This document shows positions 20,569 to 31,832 of a stretch of DNA of 64,000 nt, piece after piece. This DNA comes from Promethearchaeota archaeon (lineage in GTDB: Archaea > Asgardarchaeota > Lokiarchaeia > Sigyniarchaeales > SOKP01). The notes beneath the pieces are model-generated. The model did no database searches, had not been told where the DNA came from, and worked only from the letters and a program-made list of their open reading frames with translations. The stretch spans positions 96,001 to 160,000 of the forward strand of contig JBHLON010000002.1 of NCBI GenBank assembly GCA_048940445.1. The letters run 5' to 3'. The translations under genes were made by a program, and so were the position numbers. Within the stretch, counting starts at the first letter, position 1. Each line of letters opens with the position of its first letter.

Positions 20569-22203
20569 TCAAAAAATTGAGTCTTCTTGATATATTCCAA
20601 ATACTTCTTTTAAAGTTTCAATTATTTCACCAATTGAAACAGATTCTCTTACAGCATCAATAATATATGGCATTAAATTTTCAGTACCTTGTGCTGCTTT
20701 TTTAAGACTTTCTAATTTTTCTTGAACCTTCTCATTGTCTCTTTCTTGCTTTAATTTCTTTAACTTTCTTATTTGCTCTTTAGCTACCTGTTCATCAATC
20801 TTTAATAGGGGTGTAGAACAAGGTTCTCTGAAAGTCACATCATTAACTCCTACGATAATTCTTTCCTTCTTTTCCACTTCTTTTTGATATTTGTATGACG
20901 CATTTGCAATTTCTTTTTGGAAGAAATTTGCCTTAATAGCAGGAATTACTCCTCCTAACTCATCAATCCTCTGGAAATAATTTTCAGCTTCCTCTTCCAT
21001 TTTATTAGTAAGCCATTCAACATAATAACTCCCCGCAAGTGGATCCACGGTATCAGCTACTCCCGATTCGTGAGCGATAATTTGCTGTGTTCGCAATGCA
21101 ATTTTAGCTGCTTTTTCAGTTGGTAGACATAATGCTTCATCAAAAGAATTGGTATGTAACGACTGAGTACCTCCAAAAACTGCTGCTAAGGCTTGAAGTG
21201 TAACTCTAGCTATATTATTTTCAGGCTCTTGTGCTGTAAGTGAAACACCTGCAGTTTGAGTATGGAATCTGAGTCTCATTGATTCTGGATTTTTAGCATT
21301 ATATTTATTTTTCAAATGTTTAGCCCAGATCCTTCTAGCAGCTCTATATTTTGCTACTTCTTCAAAAAAATTATTATGAGAATTAAAGAAAAAGGATAAT
21401 CTTGGAGCAAAATCATCAACATTCAATCCTCTCTCCATTGCGGCTTCAACATAAGCGAAACCATCTGCCAATGTAAATGCTAATTCTTGAACAGCAGTTG
21501 AACCTGCTTCTCGAATATGGTAACCACTAATAGATATAGTATACCATTGTGGTACATACTTAGTGCAATATTCTATCGTGTCTATAATGAGTCTCATGGA
21601 CGGCTCAGGTGGAAAAATCCATGATTTTTGAGCAATATATTCTTTTAATATATCATTTTGAATTGTTCCTCTCAACTGATCCGGTTTATGCCCTTGTCTT
21701 TCAGCAGTTACTATATATAATGCTAATAGAATCGCAGCAGGGCCATTGATTGTCATAGAAGTGCTAATCTTGGAAAGATCTATTCCATCAAATAACATTT
21801 CCATATCCTTTATGGTATCAATACTTACACCTTCCTTCCCTATCTCTCCAAGCGCTTTTTCATCTGTTGCTTCAATACCATATATGGTATGTAAACTGAA
21901 AGCAACGCTTAATCCTGTTTGACCATGTTCTAATAAAAATTTATAGCGCTTATTTGTTTGTTCAGCATTCCCAAATCCCGCAAACTGTCTCATGGTCCAA
22001 AGGCGTCCACGATACATATTTTTATATACTCCACGGGTGAAAGGATATTTTCCGGGCTCTCCTAAATCAAGAACATAATTTAAATCTTTTATATCTTCAG
22101 GAGTATATAATCTCTTAATTTCGATGTCAGAAAGATTTCGGAACTTTTCTTTTCGTTCTCCTTTGGTCGGTTTTAATGTTTTTTGTTCATCTATTTCTGT
22201 CAT
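20569..22203 (-). CDS. B12-dependent acyl-CoA mutase large subunit (isobutyryl-CoA mutase-like)
   Basis: PFTRGVY..MYRGRLWTMRQFAGF, QNDILKEYIAQ, ISGYHIREAG, QSLHTNSFDEA. Confidence 0.93.
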   Translation of the reverse strand: MTEIDEQKTLKPTKGERKEKFRNLSDIEIKRLYTPEDIKDLNYVLDLGEPGKYPFTRGVYKNMYRGRLWTMRQFAGFGNAEQTNKRYKFLLEHGQTGLSVAFSLHTIYGIEATDEKALGEIGKEGVSIDTIKDMEMLFDGIDLSKISTSMTINGPAAILLALYIVTAERQGHKPDQLRGTIQNDILKEYIAQKSWIFPPEPSMRLIIDTIEYCTKYVPQWYTISISGYHIREAGSTAVQELAFTLADGFAYVEAAMERGLNVDDFAPRLSFFFNSHNNFFEEVAKYRAARRIWAKHLKNKYNAKNPESMRLRFHTQTAGVSLTAQEPENNIARVTLQALAAVFGGTQSLHTNSFDEALCLPTEKAAKIALRTQQIIAHESGVADTVDPLAGSYYVEWLTNKMEEEAENYFQRIDELGGVIPAIKANFFQKEIANASYKYQKEVEKKERIIVGVNDVTFREPCSTPLLKIDEQVAKEQIRKLKKLKQERDNEKVQEKLESLKKAAQGTENLMPYIIDAVRESVSIGEIIETLKEVFGIYQEDSIF

Positions 22204-22352
22204 GATAATATGCCTATTTAATCAATAATCTTAAAAATTTCTCTAAATCTCTTTAAAGATATTTAACTACAAGTTTGATAATAAAATAAATTTATTAACT
22301 TTTTTTATAAAATTAGCTCTAAATTAATTTTTTTTTCTAAAGAGTGTTTGTT

Positions 22353-23489
22353 TTATGAAATTTTATACGCTTCATTTATAGCTGAACATCCCCCGCATTT
22401 TACACAACCAGCTTTATTCTCTAACGGATTAACACCATATTCTTTCATTAATTTAGCAGCTTTCTTGTAAATCTTGACTAAAATTAAATGATCAGTGAGC
22501 GGCAATCTTCTACCTCCTGGAATGGATCTTACGGGTGTAATAAGTGGTATAATTCCTATTGAAATAATCTCTTCTAACCCTCTTATTAATTTATTATAAT
22601 CTTCTCCGAATCCAGTTAAAATAAATGTCTCAACTTGGTTATTTCCAAAAATTTGATGTGCATATTCCCAATTTTTCTTAAAAACCTTATATGGAATACG
22701 ATATTTACCAGGAGTTATTTTCTTTCTAATATCTTCATCAAGTACTTCTAAATGGATCCCTATTGTATCCGCTCCCGCTTCTTTTAGCTGTTTAATATAC
22801 GTTGAATCTTCTATTGGTTCGATTTGAACATGGAGCGGAAGTTTTGGATAATTTTTCTTAATCTCTTGCAATAATTTAATATAACGATTAGCACCTTTAT
22901 CTTCAGTTTCATCTGTACCACTTGTTAAAGTCATATGAGTACATCTTCCCTCTTTCTGAGCAGCTTTTATGACCTCAATCATTTGCTGAGGATTTTTTTC
23001 CAGAATTGTAGCATTTGAATGTAAACTTACTTCAATACCACAAAATGCACAACCTTCTCCACAAGCCCAATATATGCATCTTTGATATATTGTACTGGCT
23101 AAACAATCTAATCCATGGACTAACGCTATCTTTTTCATTGGGATTCCATCAGATGTAACATATTCCGGATTGTAATATTTTGGATTAGGAACTAATCTCA
23201 TTTTACTAAAAGAATTATTTGTTTTAGTATCGAAAATTTCAAAATACCCCTCATCATATTCTCCCAATAATAAATTAGTCCTACTTTTATTATCCCAAAG
23301 AGCGACATTTACTAAAACTCCATTTTCAAATAAGAAATAACGCCCCCCAGATGGACCCGCTCCTCCTTTTCGACCAAAATCGATTTCGATCCCTTGTTCT
23401 TGATACTCTCGAATTCGACTTTTATCAAGATACAATCCCTTACATAATAACTCCGTTTTTTTTACAAACGCAGAATAATCATCAATCAT
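22353..23489 (-). CDS. Radical SAM protein (MSMEG_0568-like)
   Basis: CGEGCAFC (CxxxCxxC), RKGGAGP N-terminal motif, C-terminal AGCVKCGGCS. Confidence 0.85.
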   Translation of the reverse strand: MIDDYSAFVKKTELLCKGLYLDKSRIREYQEQGIEIDFGRKGGAGPSGGRYFLFENGVLVNVALWDNKSRTNLLLGEYDEGYFEIFDTKTNNSFSKMRLVPNPKYYNPEYVTSDGIPMKKIALVHGLDCLASTIYQRCIYWACGEGCAFCGIEVSLHSNATILEKNPQQMIEVIKAAQKEGRCTHMTLTSGTDETEDKGANRYIKLLQEIKKNYPKLPLHVQIEPIEDSTYIKQLKEAGADTIGIHLEVLDEDIRKKITPGKYRIPYKVFKKNWEYAHQIFGNNQVETFILTGFGEDYNKLIRGLEEIISIGIIPLITPVRSIPGGRRLPLTDHLILVKIYKKAAKLMKEYGVNPLENKAGCVKCGGCSAINEAYKIS

Positions 23490-23666
23490 ACCATTGAAAT
23501 TAGGTGATTAGAATCCTAATTTAATAAAATTTTTTAATTAGCCTTCATGAAATTTATTTATTACAAGGATTATAAGGATAATTCTTATTAATTGTAAAAT
23601 TTATACTTTTAAAAGTTATATTAAAATTAAAAGCAAATTTTAAAAAAATTATCAGGTGTATTTAAT

Positions 23667-24293
23667 TTGGCACATAAGAGACCTTGGCGTTGTTATTCTA
23701 AGTGGACAAGACGCCCATTTCAACATAAGCGAAGTAAAAATCACCGAAGGGAATATGCACGTGGAGGAAGCCAATCAAAAATCGTTAGATTTTGGGGAGG
23801 CAACAAAGATATTGATTGGAAGGATTGGGAGCTAGTAGTTGGATTAAAATGTGACGCTCAAGTACAGATTTCCTCAAATGCACTTGAAGCGATTAGAGTA
23901 ACCATTAATGGTGCCTTACAAAAATTTTTAGGGAGAACGAATTATAGACTTCGAATGCGTCCTAAGCCTTTTCAGAAATATCGTGAAAACCGTATGTTGG
24001 CATTCGCAGGGGCGGATCGCGTTCAATCAGGCATGAGAAACAGCTTTGGACGTTCTACAGGCGTATGTGCGCGAATTCGGGCCGGTTCTGTGATTTGCGA
24101 TGTTGGTACTCATTTAAGAAACCTCCCTTTAATCCGAGAACGATTAAGAATCGCAAGTATGAAAGTACCTTGTTCCTGTTCGATAGTGATTTTGAGCTAT
24201 AAGGCTCCAGAATTTTTCAAAAAAGCTGGGTTACCTCTATACGATGATAAGAATCGAAAAGAAGTTCCTCTCTATGAACTTGCTTTTACATAA
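23667..24293 (+). CDS. rpl10e: 50S ribosomal protein uL16 (L10e), TTG start
   Basis: RPWRCY, QISSNALEAIR, RENRMLAFAGADRVQSGMRNSFG. Confidence 0.95.
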   Translation: MAHKRPWRCYSKWTRRPFQHKRSKNHRREYARGGSQSKIVRFWGGNKDIDWKDWELVVGLKCDAQVQISSNALEAIRVTINGALQKFLGRTNYRLRMRPKPFQKYRENRMLAFAGADRVQSGMRNSFGRSTGVCARIRAGSVICDVGTHLRNLPLIRERLRIASMKVPCSCSIVILSYKAPEFFKKAGLPLYDDKNRKEVPLYELAFT

Positions 24294-24435
24294 ATTGAAT
24301 TAAATTATTTGAAATTTACTTTACACAATTTCTTTTAATAAGAATTATTAATAGAAGTTAAACGACAACTTTTTAATAATTTAAGTTCTCTAATATTATA
24401 ACTTAAAATAAGTAATTGTAGTTTACCAGTAGAAC

Positions 24436-25785
24436 TTGAAAAATCTTGTACCTTTTTTCAATCCTAAAAGTGTGTTAATCATTGGGGTTTCCAGAAAGGC
24501 TCTTTCTTTCAGTTATACGGTCTTAAAAAATTTACTAGAAATCTTTTATCAAGGAAAGCTTTACATATTAAACCCAAACGCAAGTGAAATTTTGGGACTT
24601 CAGGCATATCATTCATTTGAAGAACTTCCAGAAGTACCTGAACTAGCAGTGATTGTTTTAGGTAAAAATATTTTAGAGATTGTTGAAAAGTTAGGTAAAA
24701 TGGGAGTAAAATATGTTGCTATTCAAACTGAATTAAAACCCGGCACAAATATCTCTGATATAACTCTAAAATTGCATGAGATTTGTGAAAAATATAATAT
24801 TACTTATTTAGGGCCTTCTATGTTAGGAGTCATTAATTTTATTGATAATTTTACGACTTCTATTATTCCAGTTAGACAACATATTATGCGGGAGAATAAG
24901 AATGTTAAAGAAGGATTAAGTTTTATTGCTCAAAGTGGAGGTCTAGCAGGAGCAATGGGTTGGTGGACACCATCCCAAAAGTTACCAATTTCGAAAGTCA
25001 TTCATTTGGGAAAAGGGTTTCATATTGATGAGGCAGATATTCTTGACTTTTTCTTAAATGACAGAACAACCAAGGTAATTTCCTTATTCCTTAGAGAAAT
25101 AAAAGAGGAATTAATTGAAGCAGTAAGACGAGTGTCTGGTTTTAAACCGGTACTCTTTTTTCATGTAGGTAAAGACGAAGAAAAAGTAATTAAGATGAAA
25201 CAAGCTGGAGGAATTGAAGTAATTAATTATATAGAACTTTTTGAGATTGCTAAAATATTTTTATGGTGTCCTGAACCAAAAGGTCCAAGATTAGGGCTTA
25301 TTGGGCCCTCCTCGGGAGCAATACATTTGATAGTTAGAGAGATGAGAAAACAAAACCTATCTTTAGCTCAACCTAGTGAAGAATCCAGGAAAGTAATATT
25401 AGATAAAGTGGGAGGTTCAACTTGTGCTTTTGGTAATCCTGTTGATTTTTGGCCCCCTGAAAAGTTTATTGGTATAAAAATATGTGGGATTTACAATACA
25501 GCTTCACAAGCATTATTAGAAGATTCTGCGGTCAATGGTTTAATTTTAGCTTTAGAATTTTTTATTGAAATAGAATTTGATATTGGGATATATTCTTCAT
25601 TAAAATCTAAATTTCCAGATAAACCAATCATAATTATTCTTATTCAGGCAGAGCATGAAGGAGCAAAGCGTTTAATAAAGACTGCAAATGAATTAAAGAT
25701 TCCAGTCTTCGAAAATGAAATAGAACGAGCAGTAAGGGGATATAAACTTCTTTATGATTGGCATTCGAAAATAAAAAAGAAATAG
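24436..25785 (+). CDS. CoA-binding protein, ADP-forming acyl-CoA synthetase alpha-like
   Basis: FFNPKSVLIIGVS, LGPSMLG, IAQSGG, GNPVD. Confidence 0.8.
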   Translation: MKNLVPFFNPKSVLIIGVSRKALSFSYTVLKNLLEIFYQGKLYILNPNASEILGLQAYHSFEELPEVPELAVIVLGKNILEIVEKLGKMGVKYVAIQTELKPGTNISDITLKLHEICEKYNITYLGPSMLGVINFIDNFTTSIIPVRQHIMRENKNVKEGLSFIAQSGGLAGAMGWWTPSQKLPISKVIHLGKGFHIDEADILDFFLNDRTTKVISLFLREIKEELIEAVRRVSGFKPVLFFHVGKDEEKVIKMKQAGGIEVINYIELFEIAKIFLWCPEPKGPRLGLIGPSSGAIHLIVREMRKQNLSLAQPSEESRKVILDKVGGSTCAFGNPVDFWPPEKFIGIKICGIYNTASQALLEDSAVNGLILALEFFIEIEFDIGIYSSLKSKFPDKPIIIILIQAEHEGAKRLIKTANELKIPVFENEIERAVRGYKLLYDWHSKIKKK

Positions 25786-25787
25786 TT

Positions 25788-27041
25788 TTAGCTAAAAAAT
25801 ATATCTTTTAATTCATTGGGTACTTCAGTATCTTCATCCATTAGAGAGACGGCGTAAACAGTTTCTCCACATTTACATTCTGTTCCTTCAAATAAGTAAT
25901 ACTTAAATTCGTTTTTCCAGTTACAGATTTGCACGCTTCTAATATATGTTAATTCCCCACATAAACAATAGATTCCTTTATCTTTAGAGTAGTCTGGGAT
26001 TATCTCATTAAAAGGGCGATGCGCTTCTGAAAATTCAGAATCATTTAACATTTGATTTATCTCATTCGCAAGTATATCTCTTAAAGTAGGAATAAAACTA
26101 GTTATAACTCCATCCTTGGCTTTAACTTCGGTTAGTACTATAAAGTTTTTCTCTGCTTTTTGTTGGGGGAGTATAGGTTGCTCATATTGTTGTAGTCTTT
26201 CTGGGATCTGAAATGGGGCCATCCCTTCTGGATATTCAAATGAAAAATAAAATTGAGTAACTCCTCTGAAAGTTCGTTGATTAATAAGGCTCAAATTTTC
26301 ATAATCTCTACTATATAGTCCAAATTTTATCAATTGTAGTGGAACTTTTAATTCCAGAAGCTTAGCTCTAATGTTATTTAAAATTTCATTTACAAAACTC
26401 TTTAAAATCATAATGTCATTCCGATTTTGAGTAAAAATCTCATTTTTATTTTCTTCTTTAAATCTCAACCATTTTTTTAAATAAGAACTCCTAACAAACT
26501 GAGGTACTATACAAAAAATGCATAATATAGGAAATAAAAATAGATAAAAATCTCCTATATTTGGGATAAACATTAGTACTGTAATTGCAGCAAGGAGAGG
26601 TAACGTTAAAATTAAATTAATATTCCTTAATCGCTTGTCTACTGAGTTCTTTATTCCTTTATTAAAAGCAGTTTCCTCAGCTTTAGCTTTGAGTCTATAA
26701 ATAGTTTCTAATATCTTATTATGATCATAACTTAACTTTAATAATTTATCTTCTTCAGTTCCTTGTTCTGATTTATCTATTTTGTTAGTTAATCTTTTAA
26801 CGTATTGTTCGAGATTACGATCTTTATATATGAAGTCTAAGGTTTCTTCAACAAAATAATCAAGAAATCTAGCAATAAATAATTTGTCCTCAATATCTTG
26901 AATGTCTTCTGGCTTCAATCCTAATTCTTCTTGAATCATTTGACCCTGGGTTTTTTTCGATGACTTTTTCCATCTTGATTTTTTTTCTTTTTTTTCAGAA
27001 GTATCTTTTTCTCTACTTTCATTCATTTCGGTTTCATTCAT
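25788..27041 (-). CDS. Hypothetical protein with 2 TM helices and C-terminal CxC...CxC
   Basis: 417-aa ORF, hydrophobic hairpin, CLCG and CKCG. Confidence 0.65.
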   Translation of the reverse strand: MNETEMNESREKDTSEKKEKKSRWKKSSKKTQGQMIQEELGLKPEDIQDIEDKLFIARFLDYFVEETLDFIYKDRNLEQYVKRLTNKIDKSEQGTEEDKLLKLSYDHNKILETIYRLKAKAEETAFNKGIKNSVDKRLRNINLILTLPLLAAITVLMFIPNIGDFYLFLFPILCIFCIVPQFVRSSYLKKWLRFKEENKNEIFTQNRNDIMILKSFVNEILNNIRAKLLELKVPLQLIKFGLYSRDYENLSLINQRTFRGVTQFYFSFEYPEGMAPFQIPERLQQYEQPILPQQKAEKNFIVLTEVKAKDGVITSFIPTLRDILANEINQMLNDSEFSEAHRPFNEIIPDYSKDKGIYCLCGELTYIRSVQICNWKNEFKYYLFEGTECKCGETVYAVSLMDEDTEVPNELKDIFFS

Positions 27042-27169
27042 AATTCTTAAAAAAGCATATCTAACCTAATAATTAGTTAATAATGGTTGTAAAATAATTA
27101 ACTTTATGAATTTTTTGTTGAAGAATAATAATTTTGTCTTTTTCTCAAAATTAAAAGTTTAAATAATTC

Positions 27170-28030
27170 TTGAATAGTGTAATAATTGTGAGCAAAACGA
27201 TAAATTTGACTACAAAGATTTTATTAAAAGATTTAAAGTTTCCAGAAGCATTAAGATGGTATGATAACAAATTATGGTTTTCTGATATGGAAACTCGTAA
27301 AATAACTTCTGTTGATATGAAAGGAACAGCAAAGTCCATAATTGAAATACCTAATCGACCATCTGGCTTAGGATGGCTACCTGATGGAAGCCTTCTAGTG
27401 GTTTCTATGGAAGACCGTAAATTACTTCAGCTTGAATCAGGGATTATTAAAGAATTTATGGATTTAAGTGGATTTGCAACTTATCCTTTAAACGATATGG
27501 TGGTTAATGAACAAGGATATGCATATATTGGACATTTTGGGTTTGATTATATTAACAACCAACCTTTTGTACCTGCTACGATTATAATGGTTACTTCTGA
27601 AAGAAAGACTAAGATTGTGGCTAAAAATATGTCATTTCCAAACGGTATGGTTATTACTCCTGATGGTAAAACACTTATTGTGGCAGAGACTCTTTCAGCT
27701 CGATTAACAGCCTTTGACATCAGAAATGACGGAACTCTTAATAATCGGCGATTATGGGCGAATCTAAAATCAATACCCCCCGATGGAATCTGTCTTGATG
27801 AGAAAGGAGCTGTTTGGGTTGCTGCACCAGGGAAACATAAAGCAGTACGTGTTCTTGAAGGAGGAGAGATAACTCATGCCGTAAATGTAAAGAATGATGC
27901 CTATGCTTGCATGCTAGGAGGACCAAATCTGACAACTTTATTCATTGCAACATCAAGAAGTCATCAGATAAGAGAAAAAGGTCAGATCGAATATGTAGAA
28001 GTTGAGGTGCCAAAGGCAGGTTTTCCATAA
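27170..28030 (+). CDS. SMP-30/gluconolactonase family, paralog 1
   Basis: FPEALRW, LNDMVV, FPNGM, PDGICLD. Confidence 0.92.
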   Translation: MNSVIIVSKTINLTTKILLKDLKFPEALRWYDNKLWFSDMETRKITSVDMKGTAKSIIEIPNRPSGLGWLPDGSLLVVSMEDRKLLQLESGIIKEFMDLSGFATYPLNDMVVNEQGYAYIGHFGFDYINNQPFVPATIIMVTSERKTKIVAKNMSFPNGMVITPDGKTLIVAETLSARLTAFDIRNDGTLNNRRLWANLKSIPPDGICLDEKGAVWVAAPGKHKAVRVLEGGEITHAVNVKNDAYACMLGGPNLTTLFIATSRSHQIREKGQIEYVEVEVPKAGFP

Positions 28031-28238
28031 AATCAGTTTTGCTTAAATGCTTATAATAAATGTTAAGTTTTTAAATCTCTATTTTAATCGGCTTTTTCTT
28101 TTTCAGTTATTCCTTTTTTCTCTCAGGCTTATCTTTTTTAAGTTGTGTTCATAACTTTATGAATCTTTTTATTGAAAATTAATAAATTTACATTTTATAG
28201 TTGAAAACTATTTATAATTTTTATATAAAATATCAATT

Positions 28239-29075
28239 ATGAGTAAAACTAAAAGGTTAACTACAAAAATCCTACTTACTGATTTAAAATTTCCAGAAGG
28301 ACCAAGATGGCACGATGGCAAACTTTGGTTCTCTGATATGGAAGATTGCAAAGTAATAATTGTTGATATGAAAGGAAATAAACAAATAGCATTTGACGTG
28401 CCAAATAAACCATCTGGTTTAGGATGGTTGCCTGATGGAAGACTATTGGTGGCCTCTATGAAAGATCGTAAACTTTTCCGACAAAATTTAAAAGGACTAG
28501 AAGAAGTAGCTGATTTGAGCAAGTTAGCAACTTTTGATTTGAATGACATGGTCGTAGATAAGCAAGGACGTGCTTATATTGGAAATTTTGGTTTTGATTA
28601 TCTTAACCACCAACCTTATGTACCTGCTAATATTGTCATGGTATCTCCTGATGAAACTGTTAAGGTAGTGGCAGAAGATATGGCCTTCCCAAATGGCATG
28701 ATTATCACCCCTGATGATAAGACTCTTATTGTAGCAGAAACTTTTTCAGCTAGACTAACAGCTTTTAATATCAGAAATGATGGAACTCTTAAGAATAGGC
28801 AAATATGGGCAAATCTGAAATCTATTCCACCTGATGGAATTTGTCTTGATGAAGAAGGAGGAATTTGGGTTGCTGCTCCAGGACGGCATAGGACTGTAAG
28901 AGTTCTCGAAGGTGGAGAAATAACACATGTTGTAAAGGTGCAGAATGATGCTTATGCCTGTATGTTAGGTGGACCAGATCTTACAACATTATTTATAGCA
29001 ACTGCAGCTTATACCAGAGATAAAGGGCAGATTGAATATGTAGAAGTCAACGTACCAAAAGCTGGGCTTCCGTAA
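28239..29075 (+). CDS. SMP-30/gluconolactonase family, paralog 2
   Basis: FPEGPRW, LNDMVVD, FPNGM, PDGICLD; close tandem paralog. Confidence 0.92.
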   Translation: MSKTKRLTTKILLTDLKFPEGPRWHDGKLWFSDMEDCKVIIVDMKGNKQIAFDVPNKPSGLGWLPDGRLLVASMKDRKLFRQNLKGLEEVADLSKLATFDLNDMVVDKQGRAYIGNFGFDYLNHQPYVPANIVMVSPDETVKVVAEDMAFPNGMIITPDDKTLIVAETFSARLTAFNIRNDGTLKNRQIWANLKSIPPDGICLDEEGGIWVAAPGRHRTVRVLEGGEITHVVKVQNDAYACMLGGPDLTTLFIATAAYTRDKGQIEYVEVNVPKAGLP

Positions 29076-29226
29076 CTATTTCCAAAAGTGACTAATCATT
29101 TTAGATGGTTAAAAAATATGTAGATTGACATTTTTATCAAAATGTCTCTTTATCGCATAAATATAAAAACATAATTCAACATCTACTTATAAACTACTTA
29201 ATTTATTTAAAAAAGTGTTAAGGGAT

Positions 29227-31647
29227 ATGAAATCAAAAAATAACAAGTTAGAATCATTAACATTTATTCTTTTTTTCATGATCTCGATGGCTTCTATGAC
29301 TAATTTTATCTTCAATGTTAAAGCTAATTCATACATTCCAGAAGAAAATGAATATAATGGCTGGTACTAGGCAATCAAAGAGGGAGACCAAATTTATTTT
29401 GAAACAGAGTTTATTGTGACTAATTATACCACATCCGAAGTAGAATTAATGTTTAAAGATATATGGATTTATAATATTACGGCTATTGGGAATGTTACTA
29501 TCGATTGGTTAGGAATAAACTCATTTTCTCAGGTAAATGCAACACAATGCTATTATAATACCACATCAGGCGAGCTAGTAGCATATGATGCTCCATCAGA
29601 GTTTGCTCTATTTGGGTATAATAGTTCTGATCCAATAACATATCGATATCGCGCAGGAAATATGGGTATACCTTTAGTATTGCCTCTGAATAGTTCAAGT
29701 GTAGAGGTTGATATTTTGGACGATATTATAAATGAAACTATGTATTATCCAGCCTCTGAAATGGGCGTTTTTAATCAATTCGATTATTATGAATCTGATC
29801 CCGTTCAAAATAGGATTTCATTCTCTAATTCTACAGATGGCTATTTTTCAGAAGCATACTACTATGATAATGGGACTTTGAGAAGTGGAACCGCCTTTTT
29901 AATGGTTCAAATAGGCAGCGGTCCGATGTTAATAAATGCAAATTTTAGAAGAGTATTTGATTACAACATAACAGATCAAGTAGAATGGGGCGTTGATGTT
30001 GGTGATACTCTCTATTACGATTGGTATGAGGGTTATGATTGGGGCGGAGATGCGGATGATTATAGGATGAATATTGTGGATATTTCTGAAGAAATGCTTG
30101 AAAAATCTAAAAATACTTTTAGTGATAACCTAGTTTACATGACATACCAAGTAGTATATGCAGACATATATGCTTGGAATGGAGTCAGTTATGAACTTGT
30201 GGAATCTAATTATGAAATTGGATTTGCTAATAATTTCTATCCATTATATTTTGATGAATTAAACTTTGAGGCTGGATTTTACGCATTTCTTTATCCTAAT
30301 AATTTTGCCATGGAAGACTATGAATTTACGTTAAATAATCATACTCTAAATATATTTCAATTTGTTGTGGATGAGATCTCCTTTTCACAAAATACATTTT
30401 TTGAAACCCTTATTAGAAATTCTACAAGTAATGACTTCATAAAAATCACTTTTGATAAATCGACGGGAATAATTCAATCGAACTTAATGATCTTTGATGA
30501 TTATATATCGTTTATTGAAGTAAAACAACAAAGTCTAGTAGATTGGTCTGTTAATGTAGGGGATGTTTTATATTATAAACAAAATGGTGATTATGTAGCT
30601 GAACAGAGAATAAATATAACTGGTAGTTACACTTTATTCGTGAATATGAGTGAATATTATGACCAATTGAGTTCAATGGGAATCTCATTGACCTTTCCCT
30701 CTTCTCAACCGGAATTGCAATTCTTTTCGTATATTGAGGCTGATTTTGAAGAGTGGGATCCAATTGCAGAATCGTGGCATTATACTGGGAATGATCCTTT
30801 TGCTATTGCAAATATATATTGGCCAATTTCTCCAATTCAGTTCGAATTTGGTCCTCCCTTATTGATGCCTGAAAATACTGATAGCTCCGAACTTATGGAA
30901 CTCTTTAGCGTATATGGTACTGTTTATGATGATATTACCTACGGTCACGGATATGTTATCCTTAAAAATTCTACTTTAGATAGATCATTGAATTATTACT
31001 TTGATGAGGCTTCAGGAAGAGTTACTATGATGTATGGATGGATGACCTCACCAATTCCAGGAGAAGACTGGTCTTATATGTCAATTTATCCGATGTTTCA
31101 TAGAGCTTGTCCAGTTGGTTCTAATTCATTTCAACCACAATCTGATTTCCCAATGAGCATATCAGTTGATATAGAATTTAATGTGAATGTATCTGGTTAT
31201 GGTGTTGAATATATCTACTCCATGTTTCCTTATAACCCTACTAATGATTCTTTACCTCAAGGAACTGCTTTAGCTTATTTTGATCAATTACTTATTAATT
31301 ATACTTACATTGATGGCAATATTTCCATGACAATTACTCTTCCGTCTTCTATAGATCTCAATTCAGCAACGTTATATATTTTTGCGTGGAATATGAGTGG
31401 CACTGAAGATTGGGATACTCCCCCACCAGAATTCTATGATACTATTGTCTATGATTACATTGCGAATAGATTTACCATTCAAATTCCTCCTTGGGGAGCG
31501 TGGCCACTAATCTCCGCTATTTCATATAGTGGCGGTGAAGGAGGAGAACTACCTGGAGAAATACCTGGATACAATCCTATTTTCCTTCTCATTGGAATAA
31601 TAGGCATATCAACGATTTTCATGATAAAAAAAAAGAGAACTAAATAA
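29227..31647 (+). CDS. Large cell-surface glycoprotein with Loki-CTERM-type tail; in-frame TAG at 29368-29370
   Basis: Signal peptide from ATG 29227 in frame with ORF 29416; repeats W.V.VGD.LYY; many N-x-S/T sequons; C-terminus IPGYN-TM-KKKRTK. Confidence 0.8.
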
Positions 31648-31832
31648 TTCTAAATTTTTTTATTTTTTTGTTTTAAAGCTTAATAATTTATTAAACTCAT
31701 TTTAAACTATTTTGCCAAAAATAATAGAATTCATTAGTAATCCCATATTTTATTAAGAAACGTTTTAAATAGTAATTCTTATTTAATATAATTAATATAA
31801 CAAGAAAATTATTCATAAAGGAAGGAAGAAAA

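Noticed and set aside
29368-29370. Genome-wide TAG-to-pyrrolysine recoding
   Set aside because: Conserved genes (dnaJ, dnaK, Sec mvhD, esterase) end normally at TAG, and this TAG aligns to Trp, a single TGG>TAG change
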